Positions 1-7,757 of a stretch of 64,000 nt of DNA are shown here, piece after piece. Within the stretch, counting starts at the first letter, position 1, and every line of letters starts with the position of its first letter. The DNA is taken from assembly GCF_054482525.1 (NCBI RefSeq), contig NZ_CM137006.1, one strand, 5' to 3'. The translations under genes were made by a program, and so were the position numbers. Under the pieces are notes generated by a model that was given only the letters and a program-made list of their open reading frames with translations, had not been told where the DNA came from and did not search any database.

Positions 1-268
1 CAATACTCAGAAAATTTTCCGCTGGGTGGAGAAAGACACCCCTGATGCGGTTAAAAAAATTCAGGCGTTGTTACCAGCTATCGAAAAAGCAATGCCACCT
101 CTGCTGGTGGCCCGAATGCGCAGTCATAGCTCAGCCTATTTTCGGGAACTAGTGGAGACGCGGGAACGACTGGTGAGAGACGCTGATGATTTTGTCGCAG
201 TGGCGATCGCTGGTTTCAACCAGATGAATCGTGGTGGCCCTGCAGGAAATATTGTGGCTGTGCATTGA
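1..268 (+). CDS. hypothetical prophage early-region protein; the frame is open to the window start, so the 5' end may lie upstream
   Basis: ORF with a GTG at 26 and no upstream in-frame stop within the window; no recognisable family. Confidence 0.3.
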   Translation, partial: NTQKIFRWVEKDTPDAVKKIQALLPAIEKAMPPLLVARMRSHSSAYFRELVETRERLVRDADDFVAVAIAGFNQMNRGGPAGNIVAVH

Positions 269-339
269 CTCGCAATATTCATACCGGATCACTTCCGGCA
301 ATTTGTGAGTAAAAAGATTCGGTATCAAAAGAGGTGAGT

Positions 340-1410
340 ATGGCTAACGCCTGGCTCAGATTATGGCATGACATGCCAAATGACCCTAAGTGGCGAACAA
401 TTGCCAGGGTGTCAGGGCAGCCAATTGCAACAGTGATGGCAGTGTATATCCACCTCCTGGTGAGCGCGTCACGAAATGTCACGCGAGGTCACATTGATGT
501 CACGACAGAAGATTTGGCAAGTGCGCTCGACGTGACAGAAGAGGTAATTGATTCAATTTTGCAGACGATGCAGGGGCGGGTACTTGATGGTGATTTAATC
601 ACTGGATGGGAAAAACGCCAGGTGCTTAAAGAGGACAACGGCAATATTTCGCAAACCGCAAAATCTCCTGCAGAGCGCAAGAGGGCGCAGCGAGAGAGGG
701 AAAGAAAGCGGGAACAAAATGGCGATTGTCACGGCGCGTCACGAAATGTCACGCACATGTCACGACGAGTCACGACAGATAAAGATACAGATAAAGATAC
801 AGATCAAGAAGATCAAAACACTATGGTCCATGGCGTAAAAAACGCCACGAACCAGGCAGGGGATGTTCAGACCGTCAATCCTGGTCAGCCAGCAGGCACG
901 ACACCGGAAGCCGATTCAGCGTATGCGCTGAAAGCCGATTCGGGCGCTGTGCAGCAGGTGATGACCGCAAGGCCGGAGCAATCACACCAACTGCAGCAGC
1001 CTGAAGCCGATTCCGCCATTCAGCGGGAAGCCGATCGGGTAGTCCCGGAAAGCACCGGGCAGTCTGTGGGACGAGTGGATTATCCGGATGTGTTCGAACA
1101 GGTCTGGCGGGAGTACCCGTTGCGTGCTGGGGCAAACCCGAAGAAATCCGCTTTCAGTGCTTGGAAGGCCAGATTACGCGAGGGGGTGCCACCAGAGGCC
1201 ATGCTGGATGGCGTGAGGCGTTACGCAAGATACTTGGCGGCTACCGGGAAAACGGGAACGGAATTTGTTCAGCGAGCGACGACGTTTTTTGGACCGGATC
1301 GGAATTTTGAGAACCCCTGGTTGCTCCCGGTAAGCGGCACGAACAACCAGCGTTGTGTGAATCATATTTCTGAACCGGATAACGAAATTCCGCCGGGCTT
1401 CAGGGGGTAA
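340..1410 (+). CDS. phage replication initiation / replisome-organizer protein with a DnaT-like C-terminal tail and origin iterons inside the gene
   Basis: SD AAGAGG 7 nt before the ATG at 340. The C-terminus (...HISEPDNEIPPGFRG) matches the C-terminus of primosomal protein DnaT (...VSEPDSQIPPGFRG). Two clusters of GTCACG repeats lie in the coding sequence. It sits where the O gene would be, upstream of the nin region. Confidence 0.65.
   Translation: MANAWLRLWHDMPNDPKWRTIARVSGQPIATVMAVYIHLLVSASRNVTRGHIDVTTEDLASALDVTEEVIDSILQTMQGRVLDGDLITGWEKRQVLKEDNGNISQTAKSPAERKRAQRERERKREQNGDCHGASRNVTHMSRRVTTDKDTDKDTDQEDQNTMVHGVKNATNQAGDVQTVNPGQPAGTTPEADSAYALKADSGAVQQVMTARPEQSHQLQQPEADSAIQREADRVVPESTGQSVGRVDYPDVFEQVWREYPLRAGANPKKSAFSAWKARLREGVPPEAMLDGVRRYARYLAATGKTGTEFVQRATTFFGPDRNFENPWLLPVSGTNNQRCVNHISEPDNEIPPGFRG
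466..504. repeat. iteron cluster 1: 4x GTCACG at 10-11 bp spacing
   Basis: GTCACG at 468, 478, 488 (GTCACA) and 499; one copy per helical turn. Confidence 0.5.
728..825. promoter_or_regulatory. candidate replication origin: 5x GTCACG iterons (728-774) followed by an AT-rich GATAAAGATACA direct repeat (775-825)
   Basis: GTCACG at 728, 738, 748, 759 and 769 (spacing 10,10,11,10), immediately followed by gataaagatacagataaagatacagatcaagaagatc; the lambda ori is likewise iterons plus an AT-rich segment inside O. Confidence 0.5.
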
Positions 1411-1450
1411 GTGTTAATTTCTGGTCATGAGGTAATTTTCAGGAGGGCTT

Positions 1451-1876
1451 GTGGCAAAAGTTTTTACACAAGAAGAGCGGGAAAAAATTAAAGGGCAGGT
1501 TGTTGAACTTGTACGTCTGAGCGGTCGCGAGACGTTGCGGCAACTGGAAGCCAGGACAGGTGCGACAAGATATCTGATGAGTGTTCTCGCCAGAGAGCTG
1601 GTTGCCAGTGGCGATGTATACAACTCTGGTTACGGGTTATTCCCGTCTGAACAGGCGCGTAAGGACTGGCAAAATGCTCGCAAAAAACTCTCAAGGGCAA
1701 AGGTGAAGAAACCTGCAGTGGTTGATCCGGACCTTATCTGGTCGTTACCAGACGGCGAAATACGCCGCTACGACAGGCGCCTGAATATAATCTGTCGCGA
1801 GTGCCGGAAGAGCGAAGCTATGCAGCGTGTACTGGCATTTTATCAAGGAAATGTTAGGTATTTTAGACGTTACTAG
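1451..1876 (+). CDS. hypothetical protein with an N-terminal winged-helix-like segment (replication-module accessory?)
   Basis: SD caggaggg upstream; the TLRQLEARTGATRYLMSVLARELVASG segment resembles a wHTH; no helicase-loader (P/DnaC-like) gene follows. Confidence 0.45.
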   Translation: MAKVFTQEEREKIKGQVVELVRLSGRETLRQLEARTGATRYLMSVLARELVASGDVYNSGYGLFPSEQARKDWQNARKKLSRAKVKKPAVVDPDLIWSLPDGEIRRYDRRLNIICRECRKSEAMQRVLAFYQGNVRYFRRY

Positions 1877-2029
1877 ATTAAAGAGCATTAGTTCAGATGT
1901 GAATTGACATTTTCATGGCGCAGGGTAGAGCCAGCGTGGTTGTCCGCTTTGCGTCAAAACCAGATATTACCAGATTTAGACATATATTCCCGATAGACCT
2001 GCTCTGATGCTACACTCTGTGCTATTTTC

Positions 2030-2716
2030 ATGACCCCAATAAAAATATTTATGACTATTGCTGATTTCAAACGGCCTAAATTGGAGCTCCCAAACGGGGC
2101 AAACAAACTACTACTGCACTCTTGCTGTGCTCCATGTTCCGGTGAAGTGATGGAGGCGCTTCAGGCCTCGGGAATCGACTACACCATCTTTTTCTACAAC
2201 CCGAACATTCATCCTCAGAAAGAGTATTTAATTCGTAAGGATGAAAATATTCGCTTTGCTGAACAACACGGCGTGCCGTTTATCGATGCTGATTACGACA
2301 CCGACAACTGGTTTGAACGTGCCAAAGGAATGGAATGGGAGCCTGAGAGGGGGATCCGTTGTACCATGTGTTTTGACATGCGTTTTGAGCGGACAGCGTT
2401 GTACGCTGCTGAAAATGGTTTCAGTGTGATCAGCAGTTCACTGGGCATTTCACGCTGGAAAAATATGCAGCAGGTTAACGAGTGTGGGCGGCGAGCTGTT
2501 GCGCATTATCCGGGTATGGTGTACTGGGATTATAACTGGCGCAAGCAGGGCGGCTCGTCCCGTATGATTGAAATCAGCAAGCGCGAAAAATTCTATCAGC
2601 AGGAATATTGTGGCTGTGTGTATTCTCTGCGCGATACCAATCTACACCGCAAATCTCAGGGACGCCCTCTTATCAAAATTGGCCAACTCCACTACGGAAA
2701 AGAAGAGAAGGAGTGA
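2030..2716 (+). CDS. queH: epoxyqueuosine reductase QueH (DUF208 family, cobalamin-independent)
   Basis: N-terminal [14 protein letters not shown]...[23 protein letters not shown]...[10 protein letters not shown], plus the CTMCF and CGCVYSL cysteine motifs typical of QueH/DUF208; preceded by a 150-bp non-coding stretch with promoter-like hexamers. Confidence 0.8.
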   Translation: MTPIKIFMTIADFKRPKLELPNGANKLLLHSCCAPCSGEVMEALQASGIDYTIFFYNPNIHPQKEYLIRKDENIRFAEQHGVPFIDADYDTDNWFERAKGMEWEPERGIRCTMCFDMRFERTALYAAENGFSVISSSLGISRWKNMQQVNECGRRAVAHYPGMVYWDYNWRKQGGSSRMIEISKREKFYQQEYCGCVYSLRDTNLHRKSQGRPLIKIGQLHYGKEEKE

Positions 2717-2952
2717 TTTTATGGATCACCTTTCTGATTGATTTTATATTGGCGAGGTAACGGGAGTTAAGTAGAATGGCTGCGGGTGCTTGAGGCTATC
2801 TGTCTCAGGCATGAACACCAAAGGCAGATAGAGAAAAGCCCCAGTTAACATTACGCGTCCTGCAAGACGCTTAACATTAATCTGAGGCTCAATCTATGAA
2901 CGGCAAATCTAGGTTAGCCTCTTACGTGCCGAAAGGCAAGGAGAAGCAGGCT

Positions 2953-3108
2953 ATGAAGCAGCAAAAGGCGATGTTAATCGCCCTGATCGTCATCTGTTTA
3001 ACCGTCATTGTGACGGCACTGGTAACGAGGAAAGACCTCTGCGAGGTACGAATCCGAACCGGCCAGACGGAGGTCGCTGTCTTCACAGCTTACGAACCTG
3101 AGGAGTAA
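2953..3108 (+). CDS. hok: Hok/Gef family type I toxin
   Basis: MKQQKAMLIALIVICLTVIVTALVTRKDLCEVRIRTGQTEVAVFTAYEPEE is near-identical in pattern to Gef/HokC. Strong SD AAGGAG 9 nt upstream. An in-frame upstream start at 2896 is mok-like. An inverted repeat at 2796-2846 lies in the leader. Confidence 0.8.
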   Translation: MKQQKAMLIALIVICLTVIVTALVTRKDLCEVRIRTGQTEVAVFTAYEPEE

Positions 3109-3251
3109 GAGACCTGGCGGGGGAGAAATCCCTCGCCACCTCTGATGTGTCAGGCATCCTCAACGCACCCGCACTTAACCCGCTTCGGCGTTTTTTCCGT
3201 TGATTAACTCTAGTTATTAGAGAACCGAACTTTTATTGATGGGGCAGGGAG

Positions 3252-3644
3252 ATGAAGAAACTTGTTTTAGTCGCAGGTGTAATGATTGCAACAGTAATGT
3301 TGGGAGGGTGTGCAGCAAAGATCGATCCAGCGTTGAAAGCAGAAGCAATGAAGCCACTAACATGTAATGATGAAAAGCAATGTGACTTTTATTGGAAACG
3401 AGCGCAATTCTGGTTGGCTAATAATTCCTCATGGAAAATTCAAACGGCGACAGACACGCTAATTTCCACTTATAATCCCTCTCCAAATAGTCCATTCCTC
3501 GCTTATCAAGTGAGTAAAATGCCAAATGAAGATGGATCCTCAAGAATTTTCATCAAGCCTTTTTGCGATAATATGTTTGGCTGTCAACCAAACCCCTATC
3601 AGGCAGTTGTTTCCTTTAAAAACTTCGTTAAAACAGGGCAGTAG
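3252..3644 (+). CDS. lipoprotein of unknown function (AT-rich moron)
   Basis: Signal peptide with lipobox MLGG-C; SD gggag; low GC compared with the flanks. Confidence 0.65.
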   Translation: MKKLVLVAGVMIATVMLGGCAAKIDPALKAEAMKPLTCNDEKQCDFYWKRAQFWLANNSSWKIQTATDTLISTYNPSPNSPFLAYQVSKMPNEDGSSRIFIKPFCDNMFGCQPNPYQAVVSFKNFVKTGQ

Positions 3645-3843
3645 TGTATAGCTTGGACGATAAATTATTAGTGAAAACGCCGTAAACCCTCACCCAATGT
3701 GGACTAAGTCTATCAAACATGACTGTGATGATTAGTCCGTAGTTGTTGTCTATGAAATCTGGATTGAGTCAGGGTTTAATCCAATAATTATTCTATCGTT
3801 CCTTTACAAGTCCGGTATATTACTTTCAGTTTGTTTTAGCATA

Positions 3844-3868
3844 CCCGCTTCGGCGGGTTTTGTTTTTT
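3844..3868 (+). terminator. rho-independent terminator
   Basis: cccgc-ttcg-gcggg hairpin followed by a T-run. Confidence 0.7.
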
Positions 3869-3940
3869 CCTGGCATTCTGGTTTACAATTCGCACGCCAG
3901 CCTGAACAACTGGCACCTGCTGCGCCAGCAGAGACAACCG

Positions 3941-4219
3941 ATGGCGCACGATACCAAATTACACAATTCTGATGATTCTGCCGTCTTTGCCAGCAGGCAC
4001 GGGCGGCGTTCCCGCACTTTCAAATCTGACTGGTTCCAGCATGACCCATGTACTGAAGAACAGGCCGAATGGCTAATTCATAACTATCGCAGACGCGGAT
4101 ACGAGATTAAGAAAGCCCTCAGCCTCGATTATCGTCACTGGATAATCTATGTCAGGCTCCCTTATTCCGAACGCCCACCGCGCCCATCCCGCACATACCA
4201 GCAACGGATCTGGAGGTAA
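3941..4219 (+). CDS. hypothetical nin-region protein (92 aa from the first Met after the terminator)
   Basis: The listed ORF 3860-4219 begins inside the terminator hairpin, so the first plausible start is the Met at 3941; its 3' end overlaps the following ORF in another frame. Confidence 0.35.
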   Translation: MAHDTKLHNSDDSAVFASRHGRRSRTFKSDWFQHDPCTEEQAEWLIHNYRRRGYEIKKALSLDYRHWIIYVRLPYSERPPRPSRTYQQRIWR

Positions 4220-4292
4220 CGTGCGGATATTACTTCGACCTGTTCTGGTACCGGAACTCGGGCTGGTGGTCCTTAGGCCGGGCCGTGAATCC

Positions 4293-5270
4293 ATGCAAGT
4301 ATTTCATAACCCTCGAGTGCTGGTGGAGCCTGAACCGAAAAGCATGCGCGGTCTGCCGTCCGGAGTCGTCCCTGCCGTTCGCCAGCCGCTGGCGGAGGAT
4401 AAATCATTACTGCCATTTTTCAGCGATGAGCGGGTGATTCGTGCTGCTGGCGGCGCTGGGGCGCTGTCTGACTGGCTGTTGCGTCATGTCAAATCCTGCC
4501 AGTGGCCTCATGGTGACTATCATCACAGTGAAATCGTCATACATCGTTACGGTACCAGCGCGATGGTGTTGTGCTGGCACTGCGACAACCAGTTGCGTGA
4601 CCAGACATCCGAATCACTCGGGCAACTTGCTCATCAAAACCTGTCAGCATGGATGATTGACGTCATACGCCATGCAATGAATGGCACGCAGGAGCGGGAA
4701 TTGTCGCTGGCTGAATTATCTTGGTGGGCGGTCTGCAATCAGGTGGCGGACGCGCTTCCGGAGGCAGTATTACGTCGTTCTCTGGGGGTACGTGCGGAAA
4801 AAATCCGCTCCTTGTACCGCGAAAGCGACATCGTACCGGGAGAGCAGACCGCCACCAGCATACTGAAGCAGCGCACAAAAAATCTTGCGCCGTTGCCTCA
4901 TGCCCACCAGCAACAGAACCCACCACAGGAAAAGACGGTGGTATGCATCACCGTTGATCCGGAGTCTCCGGAATCTTTCATGAGGCGACCTAAACGTCGC
5001 CGTTGGCTAAATGAGAAATATACGCGCTGGGTGAAGACACAGCCGTGTGCGTGTTGTGGTCAGCCAGCCGACGATCCCCATCACCTGATTGGTCACGGTC
5101 AGGGAGGGATGGGAACAAAGGCCCACGATATTTTCACGCTACCGTTGTGCCGGGAACATCACAACGAACTTCATGCGGATCCGCTGGCGTTCGAAGAAAA
5201 GCATGGTTCCCAGGTTGATTTAATTTTTCGTTTTCTTGATCACGCCTTTGCAACCGGCGTGCTCGGGTAA
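4293..5270 (+). CDS. DUF968-like nin-region protein with a C-terminal Cys/His (HNH-like) motif; start uncertain (4149 or 4293)
   Basis: C-terminus ...QPCACCGQPADDPHHLIGHGQGG...LPLCREHHNELHADP, typical of the lambdoid DUF968 family; lies directly upstream of rusA. Confidence 0.55.
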   Translation: MQVFHNPRVLVEPEPKSMRGLPSGVVPAVRQPLAEDKSLLPFFSDERVIRAAGGAGALSDWLLRHVKSCQWPHGDYHHSEIVIHRYGTSAMVLCWHCDNQLRDQTSESLGQLAHQNLSAWMIDVIRHAMNGTQERELSLAELSWWAVCNQVADALPEAVLRRSLGVRAEKIRSLYRESDIVPGEQTATSILKQRTKNLAPLPHAHQQQNPPQEKTVVCITVDPESPESFMRRPKRRRWLNEKYTRWVKTQPCACCGQPADDPHHLIGHGQGGMGTKAHDIFTLPLCREHHNELHADPLAFEEKHGSQVDLIFRFLDHAFATGVLG

Positions 5271-5282
5271 AAGAGGTTACTG

Positions 5283-5642
5283 ATGCGTATAGAGTTTGTT
5301 TTGCCTTATCCGCCGACGGTGAATACTTACTGGCGACGTCGTGGCAACACATATTTTGTATCAAAAGTCGGTGAGCGTTATCGCCGTGATGTGGCACTAA
5401 TTGTTCGCCAGCAGCGGTTGAAATTAAACCTGTCCGGAAGGCTGGCAATAAAAATTATTGCAGAGCCACCGGATAAGCGCCGCCGCGACCTGGACAATAT
5501 CCTGAAGGCACCACTGGATGCGCTGACGCATGCCGGACTTCTCATAGACGACGAGCAGTTTGATGAAATCAATATTGTGCGCGGACTGCCTGTTCCTGGT
5601 GGTCGGCTGGGGATAAAAATCACAGAACTGGAGTGCGCATGA
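5283..5642 (+). CDS. rusA: Holliday junction resolvase RusA
   Basis: 120 aa; YPPTVNTYW...RRRDLDNILKAPLDALTHAGLLIDDEQ...GGRLGIKITELE matches the RusA family including the catalytic DLDN. Confidence 0.85.
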   Translation: MRIEFVLPYPPTVNTYWRRRGNTYFVSKVGERYRRDVALIVRQQRLKLNLSGRLAIKIIAEPPDKRRRDLDNILKAPLDALTHAGLLIDDEQFDEINIVRGLPVPGGRLGIKITELECA

Positions 5643-6328
5643 ATAACCAGTATTTACAGTTTGTGCGTGAGCAGCTCATTATCGCCACCGCTGATTTGAG
5701 TGGGGCAACAAAAGGTCAGCTTGAAGCCTGGCAAGAGAATGCCATGTTCGATACAGGGCGTTACAGGCGAAAAAAAATCCGGTACCGCGATGAAGTGACT
5801 GGAAAAATGATAACGCGGGATAATCCACCAATCCCGGGAAAGCAATCGCTGGCGAAGGGGACGTCAATTCCTCTGGTCAGTCCGGTTGAGTTTTCGACAT
5901 CATCGTGGCGGCGGGCTGTTTTGTCTCTTGAAGAACATCATAAAGCCTGGTTGTTGTGGTGTTACAGCGGGAGTATTTGTTGGGAATATCAGATCGCGAT
6001 AACACAGTGGGCGTGGAATGAATTTAATACTCAATCCGGTACCAGAAAAATTGCAGGGAAAACGCAGGAACGCCTGAAAAAATTAATCTGGCTGGCGGCG
6101 CAGGCAGTAAAAGCAGAACTTTTTGGTGGGGAAGGTTATGAATACCAGGAGCTGGCATTACTGGCGGGAGTGACAACTAAAAACTGGTCCAAAACATTTA
6201 CTCGTCACTGGGTTGCAATGAAACACATTTTTCACCGACTTGATAGTGAGGCTTTATTGTTTGTAATGAGAACACGTTCAAAACAAAAGGCGGCATTTTC
6301 AAAGCAAAGTATTGCAAAAGTAGATTGA
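5633..6328 (+). CDS. late-gene antiterminator Q-like protein (assigned mainly by position)
   Basis: Last early gene; overlaps the rusA stop; followed by a non-coding stretch ending in a strong intrinsic terminator (tR'-like), then tRNAs and the lysis genes. Confidence 0.5.
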   Translation: MRMNNQYLQFVREQLIIATADLSGATKGQLEAWQENAMFDTGRYRRKKIRYRDEVTGKMITRDNPPIPGKQSLAKGTSIPLVSPVEFSTSSWRRAVLSLEEHHKAWLLWCYSGSICWEYQIAITQWAWNEFNTQSGTRKIAGKTQERLKKLIWLAAQAVKAELFGGEGYEYQELALLAGVTTKNWSKTFTRHWVAMKHIFHRLDSEALLFVMRTRSKQKAAFSKQSIAKVD

Positions 6329-6393
6329 AAGGCATATATTTCATGCAAATCTGATATTTTGCCGATTTTGTACGTGATGGCAAAAGCAAACAA

Positions 6394-6418
6394 AACCCGC
6401 CCACAAGCGGGTTTTTTG
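6394..6418 (+). terminator. tR'-like intrinsic terminator downstream of Q
   Basis: cccgc-ccacaa-gcggg hairpin followed by TTTTTT. Confidence 0.7.
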
Positions 6419-6522
6419 TGCCACTTATCTCGGATAGACATGGTGAATGCGCTAGTGGAGGAGATAAGGGTGATTTTTGAATGCTTGCAACATTGATTTC
6501 GTAACGTTATTATCCTGCGCCC

Positions 6523-6598
6523 GGCCCTTTAGCTCAGTGGTGAGAGCGAGCGACTCATAATCGCCAGGTCGCTGGTTCAAATCCAGCAAGGGCCACCA
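6523..6598 (+). tRNA. ileZ: tRNA-Ile (anticodon CAU, lysidine type; ileX/ileZ-like)
   Basis: 76 nt ending in CCA; near-identical to E. coli ileX; anticodon loop cuCAUaa. Confidence 0.85.
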
Positions 6599-6599
6599 G

Positions 6600-6676
6600 C
6601 CGCCACTAGCTCATCAGGAAAGAGCGTCAACCCTTTAAGTTGAGTGTGCGAGGTTCGAGTCCCCGGTGGCGGTCCA
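6600..6676 (+). tRNA. tRNA, probable Lys (anticodon UUU), with unusual C33 and C1:G72
   Basis: 77-nt cloverleaf; D stem gctc/gagc, anticodon stem tcaac/gttga, loop ccTTTaa, T loop ttcgagt, encoded CCA; one mismatch in the T stem. Confidence 0.55.
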
Positions 6677-6678
6677 GT

Positions 6679-6754
<76 letters not shown>

Positions 6755-6757
6755 TAT

Positions 6758-6832
<75 letters not shown>

Positions 6833-7038
6833 GTTAGAGTCTTTCAGTCTGCGATGATGGGAAATCCCGGAGTGACTGAAAGACGTTTAAGTTATGAATG
6901 ATCGCTTTTTTTGCAAAATTGCTGTGCAGAAATACTAACCTTCGGGCAGGCGATCATTCATAAGCACTCTGCTTTTATTCCGATTAACTGTGGGTGGTTT
7001 GTTGGATAGAGTGCTTCCCTTACTGTATATATCGTTTC

Positions 7039-7063
7039 GCCCGCTTTTGCGGGTTTTTCTTTT
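7039..7063 (+). terminator. intrinsic terminator upstream of the holin gene
   Basis: gcccgc-tttt-gcgggt hairpin plus T-run. Confidence 0.65.
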
Positions 7064-7123
7064 CAAATCCCTTTCATTTCTCAGTGTAAAACTACGCCAT
7101 CCGTTATTTGCGGAGGTGAGGCT

Positions 7124-7339
7124 ATGAAATCCATGGACAAAATTTCAACGGGCATTGCCTACGGCACCTCCGCAGGCAGTGCTGGCTACTGGTTTTTACA
7201 GTGGCTTGATCAGGTCAGTCCGTCACAGTGGGCTGCGATTGGTGTACTGGGGAGTCTGGTTCTGGGCTTCCTGACTTATCTGACAAATCTGTACTTCAAA
7301 ATCAGAGAAGACAAGCGTAAGGCTGCACGGGGAGAGTAA
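7124..7339 (+). CDS. S: class II pinholin, phage-21 S type, with the dual-start motif MKSMDK
   Basis: 71 aa, essentially the S21 sequence ([70 protein letters not shown]); SD ggaggtgagg. Confidence 0.85.
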   Translation: MKSMDKISTGIAYGTSAGSAGYWFLQWLDQVSPSQWAAIGVLGSLVLGFLTYLTNLYFKIREDKRKAARGE

Positions 7340-7343
7340 TTCA

Positions 7344-7694
7344 ATGACTCAAAACTATGAACTGATTGTGAAAGGGATCCGCAATTTTGAGAATAAAGTT
7401 ACGGTAACTTTAGCGTTACGGGACAAAAAACGCTTTGACGGCGAAATTTTTGACCTGGACATCTCGCTGGACCGTGTTGAAGGTGCCGCGCTGGAGTTTT
7501 ATGAGGCAGCAGCCAGAAGGAGCATCAGACAGGTCTTCCTGGATGTTGCTGCCGGGTTATGTGAAGGGGATGAGCAGTCGCCGGAAAAGCGCCCCGTAAT
7601 TTTAGAGGCGCAGAATGTGTGGATAACCTACAAAGGAAAGCTACCAGGAAGAATTACTGGTTCTCTGAAGACTCCTCCGGAATCACAACCTTAA
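7344..7694 (+). CDS. hypothetical protein inserted between holin and endolysin (possibly YdfR/DUF1327-like)
   Basis: 116-aa ORF tightly packed between S (stop 7339) and R (start 7758); the Qin prophage has ydfR in the same position. Confidence 0.45.
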   Translation: MTQNYELIVKGIRNFENKVTVTLALRDKKRFDGEIFDLDISLDRVEGAALEFYEAAARRSIRQVFLDVAAGLCEGDEQSPEKRPVILEAQNVWITYKGKLPGRITGSLKTPPESQP

Positions 7695-7757
7695 GTCACT
7701 GACCGGAACAGATAAACCTGTCCGTGGGCAGAAACCGATAAATCCTGATAAATATCC

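Noticed and set aside
6833-7123. Looked for stxA/stxB or another toxin cargo between the tRNA array and the holin
   Set aside because: No ORF longer than about 15 codons in any frame; only hairpins and a terminator
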